Source: a virus
Reading direction: 5' to 3' (one strand)
DNA length: 41,513 nt
Virus record (IMG/VR): IMGVR_UViG_3300045988_114077
Coordinates: 1-41,513 of that record
In this document: piece by piece, positions 14,094 through 22,195 of the stretch
Layout: each line of letters starts with the position of its first letter
Position numbering within the stretch: position 1 is the stretch's first letter
Made by a program: the position numbers and the translations under genes
Notes under the pieces: generated by a model
The model's database searches: none
Told to the model about the DNA's origin: nothing
What the model saw: the letters and a program-made list of their open reading frames with translations, nothing else

Positions 14094-14169
14094 GTGTGTG
14101 TAGCACAACTGGCGGTGCGCTGAATGCTATGTTCAGAGGGTGAGAGTTCGACCCTCTCCACACACGCCA
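14094..14169 (+). tRNA. tRNA-like gene, 76 nt with encoded CCA, anticodon position CUA (amber-suppressor-like), non-canonical anticodon loop
   Basis: Hand fold: acceptor gtgtgtg/cacacac (7 bp), D arm gcac-aactggcg-gtgc, anticodon arm ctgaa-tgCTAtg-ttcag, variable loop agggt, T arm gagag-ttcgacc-ctctc, discriminator g, CCA. Position 33 is G and position 37 is U, both atypical. Confidence 0.7.
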
Positions 14170-14186
14170 ACACGGAGGCGAAAGCG

Positions 14187-14342
14187 GTGGTAAATACGGA
14201 AGACGGATATATTCTCTGCCCGGTGTGCGGGAAGAAGACGAAGACGAAGGTGCTGCCGGAAACGGAGCTGAATCGGTTCCCTCTATACTGCCCGTGGTGC
14301 AAACGGCAGACCGTCATCGACCATCGCAAAAACGATACATAA
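14187..14342 (+). CDS. Cysteine-rich KTR-family small protein (51 aa)
   Basis: GTG start with GGAGG 8 nt upstream. ILCPVCGKKTKTKVLPETELNRFPLYCPWCKRQTVI matches the Cys-rich KTR pattern of Firmicutes, from memory. Confidence 0.75.
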   Translation: MVNTEDGYILCPVCGKKTKTKVLPETELNRFPLYCPWCKRQTVIDHRKNDT

Positions 14343-14356
14343 ACGCCGGAGCCTTG

Positions 14357-14408
14357 GAGCCAGAGCGGTGCACGAATTGACGTGCGCTGTTCTGGCTCTT
14401 TTTGTTTT
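14357..14408 (+). terminator. Intrinsic terminator T1 (compound hairpin plus T-run)
   Basis: Outer stem gagccaga/tctggctc, inner stem gcacg/cgtgc, then tttttgtttt. Homologous to T2 at 16810. Confidence 0.7.
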
Positions 14409-14425
14409 CCGGGGAGGTTTGGAAC

Positions 14426-15808
14426 TTGGCAGTGCAGGATAAGAACAAGGTCACGGCGGATTTTGGCAGGCCGAACAGTGATGCGCAGTGGAGATTTTTT
14501 GAATCCCGTGTGCGTTATACCTGTTACGGCGGCGCTCGTGGCGGCGGCAAGAGCTGGGCAACCAGAGTAAAAGCCGGGTTGGGTGCGCTGCAATATCCCG
14601 GAATCCGCATCCTGATTCTTCGCCGGGAATACGGCGATATGGAAGGAACGCTGATTGCTCCTCTGCTGGCAATGCTGCCGACAGAAATCTACACCTATAA
14701 CAAGTCCGAGCACATGATTACCTTCATGAACGGCAGCAAGATCAAGTTCGGCAATATGCCGGGCTACAGCGCCGCCGTGCAAGGTAAGTATCAGGGTCAG
14801 GAATATGAATGGCTCTTCATTGATGAGGCCACACAGTTCCTTGAAACGGAGTTCCGAGGGCTTGACGCAATCGTCCGTGGCGCGAATAAGATTCCGAAAC
14901 GTATCTACCTGACCTGCAACCCCGGTGGCCCCGGACACAACTGGGTGAAGCGGCTCTTCGTTGACCGGAAGTTCGAGAAGGGCGAGAACCCTAACGATTA
15001 TGTGTTTATCCCCGCCACGGTGGACGACAACAAAGACCTGATGGACGCTGACCCAAAATATGTCCGGACGCTGGAGCAGCTGCCTGATGACATCAGGAGG
15101 GCGCACCGATATGGTGACTGGAACGTGTTTTCCGGCATCTTCTTCACGGAGTTTCAGGACGGCGTTCATACCTGTACCCCATTTGCCATTCCGAGGCACT
15201 GGAAGCGATACAGAGCAATGGACTACGGTCTCGATATGTTTTTCTGTATCTGGGTGGCCGTGGATGAGAACGGACGATGCTATGTGTACCGGGAGTTCGC
15301 CAAAGAGGGTATAGTCGTTTCGGATGCCGCGAGGAAGCAGCTGGAATTGACCAGACCGGAAGAGATGATCATGGGGACCATTGCGCCGCCGGATATGTGG
15401 GCGCGGAACCGTGAAAGCGGGCGTACTCAGGCGGCAGCCTTTGCCGACAATGGTGTAGGGCTTATCAAAGCGAGCAACAACAGAATCCAGGGCTGGTCCG
15501 CCCTGAAAGAGTTCTTTAAGGTCCAGAACGACGGTAAGCCGGGGCTTATCATTTTCGATACCTGTAAGCAGCTCACGGACTGCATCAAGGGCTTGCAGCA
15601 CAGCAAGAAGATGCCGAACGACGTAAGCCTGGAGCCCCACGGCATCACCCACGGGCCTGATGCCTTGCGGTACTTTGCCAGCACCTATGTTCTTTCTGCC
15701 GAGAAGGAACAGGAGGTCATTTTGGAGGAGGACGAGCGCGACCAGCATCAGGACTACCGGTCCTATATGTGCGGCGGGCGGATATCCCGCAGCTATATCG
15801 GCGGATAA
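14426..15808 (+). CDS. terL: Terminase large subunit
   Basis: Walker A YGGARGGGKS, then LFIDEATQF. The C-terminal half is nuclease-like. The start is probably TTG at 14426 (GGAGG 8 nt upstream); the tracked ORF opens at 14402. Confidence 0.9.
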   Translation: MAVQDKNKVTADFGRPNSDAQWRFFESRVRYTCYGGARGGGKSWATRVKAGLGALQYPGIRILILRREYGDMEGTLIAPLLAMLPTEIYTYNKSEHMITFMNGSKIKFGNMPGYSAAVQGKYQGQEYEWLFIDEATQFLETEFRGLDAIVRGANKIPKRIYLTCNPGGPGHNWVKRLFVDRKFEKGENPNDYVFIPATVDDNKDLMDADPKYVRTLEQLPDDIRRAHRYGDWNVFSGIFFTEFQDGVHTCTPFAIPRHWKRYRAMDYGLDMFFCIWVAVDENGRCYVYREFAKEGIVVSDAARKQLELTRPEEMIMGTIAPPDMWARNRESGRTQAAAFADNGVGLIKASNNRIQGWSALKEFFKVQNDGKPGLIIFDTCKQLTDCIKGLQHSKKMPNDVSLEPHGITHGPDALRYFASTYVLSAEKEQEVILEEDERDQHQDYRSYMCGGRISRSYIGG

Positions 15809-15817
15809 AAGTATATT

Positions 15818-15858
15818 ACGGCCTACCAGAGCCGTGAATAATGGCCTACCAGAGCCAT
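15818..15858 (+). promoter_or_regulatory. Twin hairpins with an identical 8-nt loop CUACCAGA just upstream of the scaffold-gene SD
   Basis: acggc-ctaccaga-gccgt (15818-15835) and atggc-ctaccaga-gccat (15841-15858). The stems differ by compensatory changes. Confidence 0.6.
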
Positions 15859-15878
15859 AGCAAGGAGGATAATCACAG

Positions 15879-16781
15879 ATGGAAAACGAAGGCATGGATT
15901 TTGAGGAGTTCTTTGACGCATTCGATGCTCCCGGCGAGGATGACGGCAACCAGACCGATCCTGAAACCGAAGGAACCGAAACAGAAGAGACCGCTCAGGA
16001 ACCCGCAGGAGACCAGGAGACCGGCGAAACGGACAGCGAGGAAAGTACACCCGAGCAGAAAAAAAAGCCGGAGAATGACGGCAGTGAGGCGGACAAGCCC
16101 GCCGAAACACAGAAATTCACCATCAAGGTCAACAAAGGGACCCGGGAAGTGGAGCTTCCCGAAATGACGGAGCTGGCCCAGAAGGGCGCGGACTATGACC
16201 GGGTCAAGGGACAGCTGGAAACGTCCAGAACCAATGAAGCCAATTTGCAGAAGACTGTTGACGAGCAGTCCCCCATCATGGAGGTCCTGCAACTTGCGGC
16301 AAAGGACGCTGGCGTTGATGTGGCCGAGCTTGTGGATTCCATCCATGTCGGTCTGTTGAAGGGCAAGGGCATGACCGAAGCGGAGGCGAGGGCCGAAATT
16401 CGGGCAGCCAAGGCCGAGAAGGCCGTAAACGATCTGAAGAATAAGCCCGCTCAGGAGGAAAAGCCGGAGACGGATTCCAATCAGGAGCGGGCAAAGCGGG
16501 AGATTGCGGAGTTCCAGACCGCTTTCCCCGGGGTGCAGCTGAATCAGGAGACTCTGGATAAGCTGGCGCCTGACGTCCAGAACGGTATGACGCTGACAAG
16601 CGCATACCTGAAAATGGAGAATGCAAGGCTTACTGCCGAGCTTGCGGAACAGAAGCGGGCGCTGGAGGCTGAAAAGCAGAACCAGAAGAACCGCAGGCAG
16701 GCCGCGCCGGGACAGAACGATTCCGGCGGCGGGCGGGAGAAGGACGCCTTTGAGGACTTCTTCACAGCGTTCGAAAAATAA
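15879..16781 (+). CDS. Putative head scaffolding protein
   Basis: Acidic N-terminus and long K/E-rich helical sequence. Lies directly upstream of the capsid gene. Confidence 0.6.
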   Translation: MENEGMDFEEFFDAFDAPGEDDGNQTDPETEGTETEETAQEPAGDQETGETDSEESTPEQKKKPENDGSEADKPAETQKFTIKVNKGTREVELPEMTELAQKGADYDRVKGQLETSRTNEANLQKTVDEQSPIMEVLQLAAKDAGVDVAELVDSIHVGLLKGKGMTEAEARAEIRAAKAEKAVNDLKNKPAQEEKPETDSNQERAKREIAEFQTAFPGVQLNQETLDKLAPDVQNGMTLTSAYLKMENARLTAELAEQKRALEAEKQNQKNRRQAAPGQNDSGGGREKDAFEDFFTAFEK

Positions 16782-16809
16782 TCAAATATCTGCCGGAGCC
16801 GGAGCCTTG

Positions 16810-16856
16810 GAGCCAGAGCGTAGCACGAAGAATCGTGCCGTTCTGGCTCTTTTTTC
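16810..16856 (+). terminator. Intrinsic terminator T2, homolog of T1
   Basis: Same stems (gagccaga/tctggctc and gcacg/cgtgc) and a T6 run. It shares the 5' flank gccggagccttggagccagagcg with T1. Confidence 0.7.
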
Positions 16857-16886
16857 GTTCCGGCAGGAAGAAAAGGAGTAATTTCT

Positions 16887-17963
16887 ATGAGCACTACCAT
16901 TCATTTCCCCGAAAAATACATGCAGCGTTTCATGAAGGGCTTTGACGTTGCTTCCATCACGGACGGCCTGTTCAACCATGAGCTTGACCAGGAGTTTTCC
17001 GGCGTTCGGACCGTACACGTCAACAGCATTCTGACCAGCCCTCTGCAAAAGTATGACCGTACCAAGCAGGTTGGAACCGGCAGCCGATACGGCGCTACTC
17101 ATGAAGTGGGCGACGATGAGCAGGTCTTTGAGATGGAGGACGAAATCTCCCTGAGCCTGTCCATCGACAAGGGCAACAAGGTTGACCAGTTCAACATGAA
17201 GAAGGCCGGAGAGGTCATGCAGGCTTACAAGGAGGAGGAAATCATCCCCTACGTTGACAAGTACCGCATGGACAAGTGGGCCAAGGGTGCCGGTATGCAC
17301 TATGCCCTGACTGCTGCTCCCACCGTTGACACCATTGCCCAGACCATTATCAAGGCCCGGAACGAGCAGCGGAACAAGCGAGTGACCGGAAAGACTGTTC
17401 TCATCATCCCCTATCAGTATCTGGACGTGCTGAGCCTGTCCAGCCAGTGGGTGAAGCTGGAAAAGCTGGGCGGTCAGGTTCTGACCAAGGGCACCATGGG
17501 CCAGTTCTACGGAATGGACGTGGTTCCCTTCATCAACGAAATCATGCCCGCCAATGCCTGGTTCATGATCATGAACCCCAAAGCAGCCATTGCCCCCAAG
17601 AAGATCAGCGACTTCAAGGGCCATGTAGACCCTCCCGGCCTGTCCGGCGACCTGCTGGAGTTCCGGATGTACCATGACGCTTTCGTGCTTGGCAAGAAAG
17701 CGAACGGCATTCTGGTCGCTGCGCTGACCGCAAATATCTGCGCAACTCCTACCGTCTCCATGTCCGGGAAGGCCGCAACTATCGCCTCCACCACGAGCGA
17801 TGCCCAGATTTATTACACTCTGGACGGTTCTGACCCCCGGTACAGCAAGGATGCCAAGCTGTACAGCGCCGCTGTTACGCTGACTTCCGGTGACCGTCTG
17901 CGGGCCTATGCCAAGAAAGACGGCCTGTTCAACTCTGACCTGGTGGCAAAAGACCAGGCGTAA
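16887..17963 (+). CDS. Major capsid protein with a C-terminal Ig-like/chitobiase-C-type display domain
   Basis: 358 aa. Position and size fit a capsid protein. The C-term ...AQIYYTLDGSDPRYS...LRAYAKKDG matches the CHB_HEX_C-like motif, from memory. Confidence 0.7.
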   Translation: MSTTIHFPEKYMQRFMKGFDVASITDGLFNHELDQEFSGVRTVHVNSILTSPLQKYDRTKQVGTGSRYGATHEVGDDEQVFEMEDEISLSLSIDKGNKVDQFNMKKAGEVMQAYKEEEIIPYVDKYRMDKWAKGAGMHYALTAAPTVDTIAQTIIKARNEQRNKRVTGKTVLIIPYQYLDVLSLSSQWVKLEKLGGQVLTKGTMGQFYGMDVVPFINEIMPANAWFMIMNPKAAIAPKKISDFKGHVDPPGLSGDLLEFRMYHDAFVLGKKANGILVAALTANICATPTVSMSGKAATIASTTSDAQIYYTLDGSDPRYSKDAKLYSAAVTLTSGDRLRAYAKKDGLFNSDLVAKDQA

Positions 17964-17972
17964 GCAAACAAC

Positions 17973-17996
17973 AAGGCCCGGGGCAACTCGGGCCTT
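17973..17996 (+). promoter_or_regulatory. 8-bp GC hairpin after the capsid gene, with no T-run
   Basis: aaggcccg gggcaact cgggcctt. Confidence 0.45.
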
Positions 17997-18017
17997 GCCT
18001 GAAAACGGGAGGGTATT

Positions 18018-18350
18018 ATGATTTATTTGCTTATTTCCATCCTCGCCTGTGTGTGTGCTCTGCTGGGCTGGCAGGTGATCCGGCTTGAGCGGAAGGTGAA
18101 CCGCACGGCTATTAACCTCAAGAATTACGCCGATGCCTCCGCACGGTCGGAATGCGCTGTGCTTGAACCGAGGCTCCGAAAGCTGGAAGAAGGCGTGATT
18201 CCCAATTACGAAGAGGCGAAAAAAGCGGCGAAAGCCGTTGACGATTTCAACATCGGCCTGTCTGCCATTATGAATTTTGACCCCATGGCGGCGGCGAAAC
18301 GGGCCAGAGACGAGAAAAGCGCAAAGGGCGGCGGTGTAGATGGCGTATAA
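18018..18350 (+). CDS. Small membrane-anchored protein (110 aa)
   Basis: N-terminal TM helix MIYLLISILACVCALLGW. SD GGGAGGG. Confidence 0.6.
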   Translation: MIYLLISILACVCALLGWQVIRLERKVNRTAINLKNYADASARSECAVLEPRLRKLEEGVIPNYEEAKKAAKAVDDFNIGLSAIMNFDPMAAAKRARDEKSAKGGGVDGV

Positions 18351-20049
18351 GCAGAAAATTCCTACCCTTCAGGAGATTTTGAAGAAGTACGATAAGGCGT
18401 ACAACTTCAACCAGGCCATCAACCTGTATGACACCGTGAAGGTGAACGAGGACTATTTCATTGGAAATCAGTGGGAGGGTGTGCAGAGCAATGGTCTGCC
18501 TACCCCTACCTATAACATGTTCAAACGGGTCATCAATTTCCAAGTGTCCAACATCACATCCGACAGCATGGCGATTCAGGTTTCCACGCTTCCGGGTGTA
18601 TCGCAGTACAGCAGCAAGGATCTGGATGATATCTGCGTTACCGTCAACAAGCAGGTCAAGGCCATTATGGAGCGGTGCAAGATCATTCCCAAGAACCGGG
18701 AATTCCTGAGGAACGCCGCTGTTACCGGCGACGGCTGCATTCACTTCTACTTTGACCCATCCATTGAGAACGGACAGGACGTAAAGGGCGAGATTTGCGC
18801 CGAAGTTCTTGATAATGTCCGGGTACTGTTCGGAAATCCGAACACAAAGGATGTGCAGAAGCAGCCTCACATTATCCTGGTGCGCCGTGAACTGGTGGAT
18901 GACGTGCGGTACAAGATGGAGACTGCCAGGGAAGACAGCGAAGAAGGGGCCGTGACGGATGACGTGGAGACCATCCAGCCGGATTCCGAGAAATTCCAGA
19001 ACAAATACGACAGCTACACGGACGATAAGGTAACTGTTCTGACCTACTACTTCCGGAATCGGGAGACCGAGACCATCTGGGTAGCGGAGGCCACGGAGCA
19101 GGTGCTTGTTTCCAAACCGCACGACACCGGCATGAAGTATTATCCGCTTGTGTGGCTGAACTGGGACTACGTGCGGGACTGTTACCATGGGCAGGCCATG
19201 GTAACGGGGCTTCTGCCGAACCAGAATTTCATCAATAAGATGTTTGCGCTGGTGGGCATCAGCCTGCTTACCACAGCATTTCCCAAGTACATATACGACA
19301 AGACCAAGGTTTCCAGCTGGTCCGGAGACGTGGGTACGGCGATCGGCGTCAGCGGAAATGTGGACGGCGTGGCGAAGGTCATCGAGGGCGCTTCTGTAAG
19401 CCCACAGATTGCACAGTTCATCGAACTGTCTTTTGACAAGACACACACACTTCTTGGCGCGTCTGATGTCGCAATGGGCGACAGCCGCCCAGACAACACC
19501 AGTGCAATTATTGCCCTTCAGCGGGCCGCATCCACGCCTATGGAAATGACCAAGCAGCAGGATTACCAGTGCATGGAGGACGCTTGCCGGATCTGGATAG
19601 ACATGATGTCTGTGTACTACGGCACACGGATGGTGGAGCAGGAGATCGAGATGGACGCCGCAGGCCAGCAACCTTTGGGAATGGACCTTCCTCCTCAGAA
19701 GGGGACGGTTCCTTTCGATTTCTCCGTGCTGCGCAGTGTCCGGCTGGCTGTGAAGATTGATGTAGGCACAAGCTCCTACTGGTCCGAAATCGCTACCATG
19801 CAGACGCTTGACAACCTGCTTATGAACCGCTTTATCACACTGGAACAGTACTTGGAGCGTATGCCCGCCGGGTATATGCCCAAACAGCAGGAGCTTATTG
19901 ACGAGCTGAAAATGCAGAGCGGAATGCCGCCTGCCGCGCCTCAGGGGACCGGCATGAGTACGGAGACCACATCATCGGCAGATATTGCGCCGGAGGGTGG
20001 TCCCGGAAACGGATCGCTGCAACGTGCGATTAACAGAGAGGGGGTATAA
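18340..20049 (+). CDS. Portal protein
   Basis: 569 aa. NEDYFIGNQW is a portal hallmark. Lies in the head module. Confidence 0.75.
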   Translation: MAYKQKIPTLQEILKKYDKAYNFNQAINLYDTVKVNEDYFIGNQWEGVQSNGLPTPTYNMFKRVINFQVSNITSDSMAIQVSTLPGVSQYSSKDLDDICVTVNKQVKAIMERCKIIPKNREFLRNAAVTGDGCIHFYFDPSIENGQDVKGEICAEVLDNVRVLFGNPNTKDVQKQPHIILVRRELVDDVRYKMETAREDSEEGAVTDDVETIQPDSEKFQNKYDSYTDDKVTVLTYYFRNRETETIWVAEATEQVLVSKPHDTGMKYYPLVWLNWDYVRDCYHGQAMVTGLLPNQNFINKMFALVGISLLTTAFPKYIYDKTKVSSWSGDVGTAIGVSGNVDGVAKVIEGASVSPQIAQFIELSFDKTHTLLGASDVAMGDSRPDNTSAIIALQRAASTPMEMTKQQDYQCMEDACRIWIDMMSVYYGTRMVEQEIEMDAAGQQPLGMDLPPQKGTVPFDFSVLRSVRLAVKIDVGTSSYWSEIATMQTLDNLLMNRFITLEQYLERMPAGYMPKQQELIDELKMQSGMPPAAPQGTGMSTETTSSADIAPEGGPGNGSLQRAINREGV

Positions 20050-20052
20050 CCC

Positions 20053-20769
20053 ATGGCAATCAATCTTCCTCAGTTTTCGGAGGATATGGACATTATTCAG
20101 AAACTGGGCGACACGCCGGGCACGGACAATAACCTGGACTGGAAACAGTTGCAGGCAAAGTTTGACGAGGCGGGCAACCTTGTCAAAGCCTACCTGAACA
20201 GCATCGTCCCTCTTCTCAATGCCGCATTCCGAAACGAGGGAACAGTAATTACAGGCGGTACGGTGATTGGTGATCTGGATGTGAATGGGAATCGTCTGTT
20301 CGGAATCGCCACGCCTACAGATGATTCCGACGCGGCAAGCAAGAAATATGTGGATTCCGCTGTTGAAGGAGCCAAAAATGCCAGCCTGCCCAAAGCTGGG
20401 GGAACCATGACCGGGGACATCAGCATGGGGGGGAACGCCGTGAAGGGGCTGAAGGCTCCATCTGCCGGTTCTGATGCTGCCACGAAGGACTATGTGGACG
20501 GGAAGCGGGCGGCCTATACGGCAACGCTTGGCACAAGCTGGACGGGTTCCGGGCCGTACACACAGACGGTGGCGGTGGCGGGGATTCTGGTTTCCGACAT
20601 GCCCCACATCATGCCGGTGTACAGCAGCGACAACGCCACGGCCATTGCCCAGAAAGAGGCGTGGAGCTGCGTGAGCAAGGCGGAAGCGGCGGCGGGCGGA
20701 ATCAAATTCACCTGCTTTGAGGACAAGCCGGGGGCGGCAGTGCCCTTGCAGATCGAGGTGATGCGGTAA
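20053..20769 (+). CDS. Tail fibre protein
   Basis: Repeated fibre motif: NRLFGIATPTDDSDAASKKYVD and NAVKGLKAPSAGSDAATKDYVD. Confidence 0.7.
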   Translation: MAINLPQFSEDMDIIQKLGDTPGTDNNLDWKQLQAKFDEAGNLVKAYLNSIVPLLNAAFRNEGTVITGGTVIGDLDVNGNRLFGIATPTDDSDAASKKYVDSAVEGAKNASLPKAGGTMTGDISMGGNAVKGLKAPSAGSDAATKDYVDGKRAAYTATLGTSWTGSGPYTQTVAVAGILVSDMPHIMPVYSSDNATAIAQKEAWSCVSKAEAAAGGIKFTCFEDKPGAAVPLQIEVMR

Positions 20770-21548
20770 TGGGACAGTGCTTTTTGTATGGAAACGGTGT
20801 GGGAAGCCAGCTGCTCTATGATGTAGTATGCCAGACGGCGGAACCGGCCAAAAAGGAAGGGCGGATATGGATAAAATCCGCGGTGCCCATGACCTACGTT
20901 GAATGGAATAACAATCCATGGAGCGGCGGCGCTGTTGGCCGTGTAGATATCATGGGAACACTGGGTGGTTCCAACCCGACATCGAGCAATAACATTATCG
21001 AGGTTTTCAACACCAAAGTGTCCGGAATTCTGCACCAAATGAAAGTGACGCCATACCGTTGCCAGCAGGTGCAGGGTTCCACCGGAAACTGGGTGAACGT
21101 GGATGCCTACATCTGCCACAGCAACACTTGGGTGCAGTTTTCGTCTACCTGGAACGGTGAACTGTTTGACAATGGAAACCAGTACGAGGACATGACCGGC
21201 GGGTGGTCTATTGACAACACTTACTATGGTGGTGGATCAATTGGCACAGCTTTAGTCGGTGGCTCTTGGGGAAATAATCCAGACCAGGGATCAAGAATTT
21301 ATACAAACAAAGCCATTCAAATAGGACATTATAACACGTTTAAGTTTACTGTGACAGAAGCATCAGGTAATAATGTGTTTTACCTGAAATCTGGTAGTAT
21401 TTCCGGAGCCAATATGGCCTATAATGCCTTCCACAGAAACATAGGAACCTTTGCAATTGCTATCCCAAGCGGCTCGACAAGTCTTTATCCATACTTACAG
21501 ACAGGTAGTAAAGGAACGTGTACGATTACAAAGGTTTGGCTGGAATGA
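20769..21548 (+). CDS. Putative receptor-binding / fibre-distal protein with an AT-rich C-terminal module
   Basis: Start overlaps the fibre-gene stop. The last roughly 300 nt are much more AT-rich than the genome. Confidence 0.55.
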   Translation: MGQCFLYGNGVGSQLLYDVVCQTAEPAKKEGRIWIKSAVPMTYVEWNNNPWSGGAVGRVDIMGTLGGSNPTSSNNIIEVFNTKVSGILHQMKVTPYRCQQVQGSTGNWVNVDAYICHSNTWVQFSSTWNGELFDNGNQYEDMTGGWSIDNTYYGGGSIGTALVGGSWGNNPDQGSRIYTNKAIQIGHYNTFKFTVTEASGNNVFYLKSGSISGANMAYNAFHRNIGTFAIAIPSGSTSLYPYLQTGSKGTCTITKVWLE

Positions 21549-21557
21549 GGTGATTGG

Positions 21558-21851
21558 ATGAAAATTTACATTGACAGTGATTGTAAGTGCCACGCTGCTC
21601 CGGCGGACGGGCTGACGGCTGTTGATACGGATTTTTTCGGTGGCAAGGCCCCGAGGTACATCGATGGGTATCGCTTTGTTCCTGCGGGCGAGAGCTGGAC
21701 GAGAGAGGACGGAGCGGTATTTGCCGGGGAGATGGTTAGCCCCTGGAAGCCCTGGGAGGAGCTGGATGCCGTGCAGCGGGAATATGAGCGTGAGCAGTAC
21801 AATTCCCTTCTTGCGCAGTTATCGGAGGTGTATGAAGATGCTGAAAGCTGA
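21558..21851 (+). CDS. Hypothetical protein (97 aa)
   Basis: ORF with coding-like composition. SD GAGGTGA. Confidence 0.55.
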   Translation: MKIYIDSDCKCHAAPADGLTAVDTDFFGGKAPRYIDGYRFVPAGESWTREDGAVFAGEMVSPWKPWEELDAVQREYEREQYNSLLAQLSEVYEDAES

Positions 21852-22182
21852 AGAAATCATCGAGAAGGTCAAGGCAGACCGGGCAACGTGCAGAATCGTT
21901 GCCGAGGCCGGGATCACCATCAAGCCGGAGCCGGAAGCACCGCCCGCACGGCCCGGCCTTAGCTGGATTCCCCACCAGCAGATGGCGGGCGGGGCGATCA
22001 CGTGGGTGGAGAGCAAGTATGACGCAACACTGCCCGGAACCAGCGAGAACCCGATTGCTTTTGAGGATGGTATGACGGTATACCCCAACTATTTCTACAC
22101 GCTGGGCGGCGTGCGGAAGGTGTGGGCCGGGGTGGCTGAGGCGGAGCCGGAGTGGGAAGACGAGAGGTTTGAGGAAATGTGA
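21838..22182 (+). CDS. Hypothetical protein (114 aa)
   Basis: ATG at 21838 with GGAGG 9 nt upstream. The tracked ORF 21622.. is longer, but its N-terminus overlaps the previous gene. Confidence 0.55.
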   Translation: MLKAEEIIEKVKADRATCRIVAEAGITIKPEPEAPPARPGLSWIPHQQMAGGAITWVESKYDATLPGTSENPIAFEDGMTVYPNYFYTLGGVRKVWAGVAEAEPEWEDERFEEM

Positions 22183-22195
22183 GGAGGAATGCAAC

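Noticed and set aside
13901-15949. 682-aa minus-strand ORF, together with other long shadow ORFs (10334..11578 +, 18268..19671 -, 21998..23644 -, 26166..27008 +, 27459..28499 +, 30645..32150 +, 33677..35335 +)
   Set aside because: Each is antisense to a gene with clear family motifs (terL, portal, endolysin, integrase, the giant protein and others). Each has low-complexity Pro/Arg/Gly-rich translations and lacks an SD. These are typical GC-rich shadow frames.
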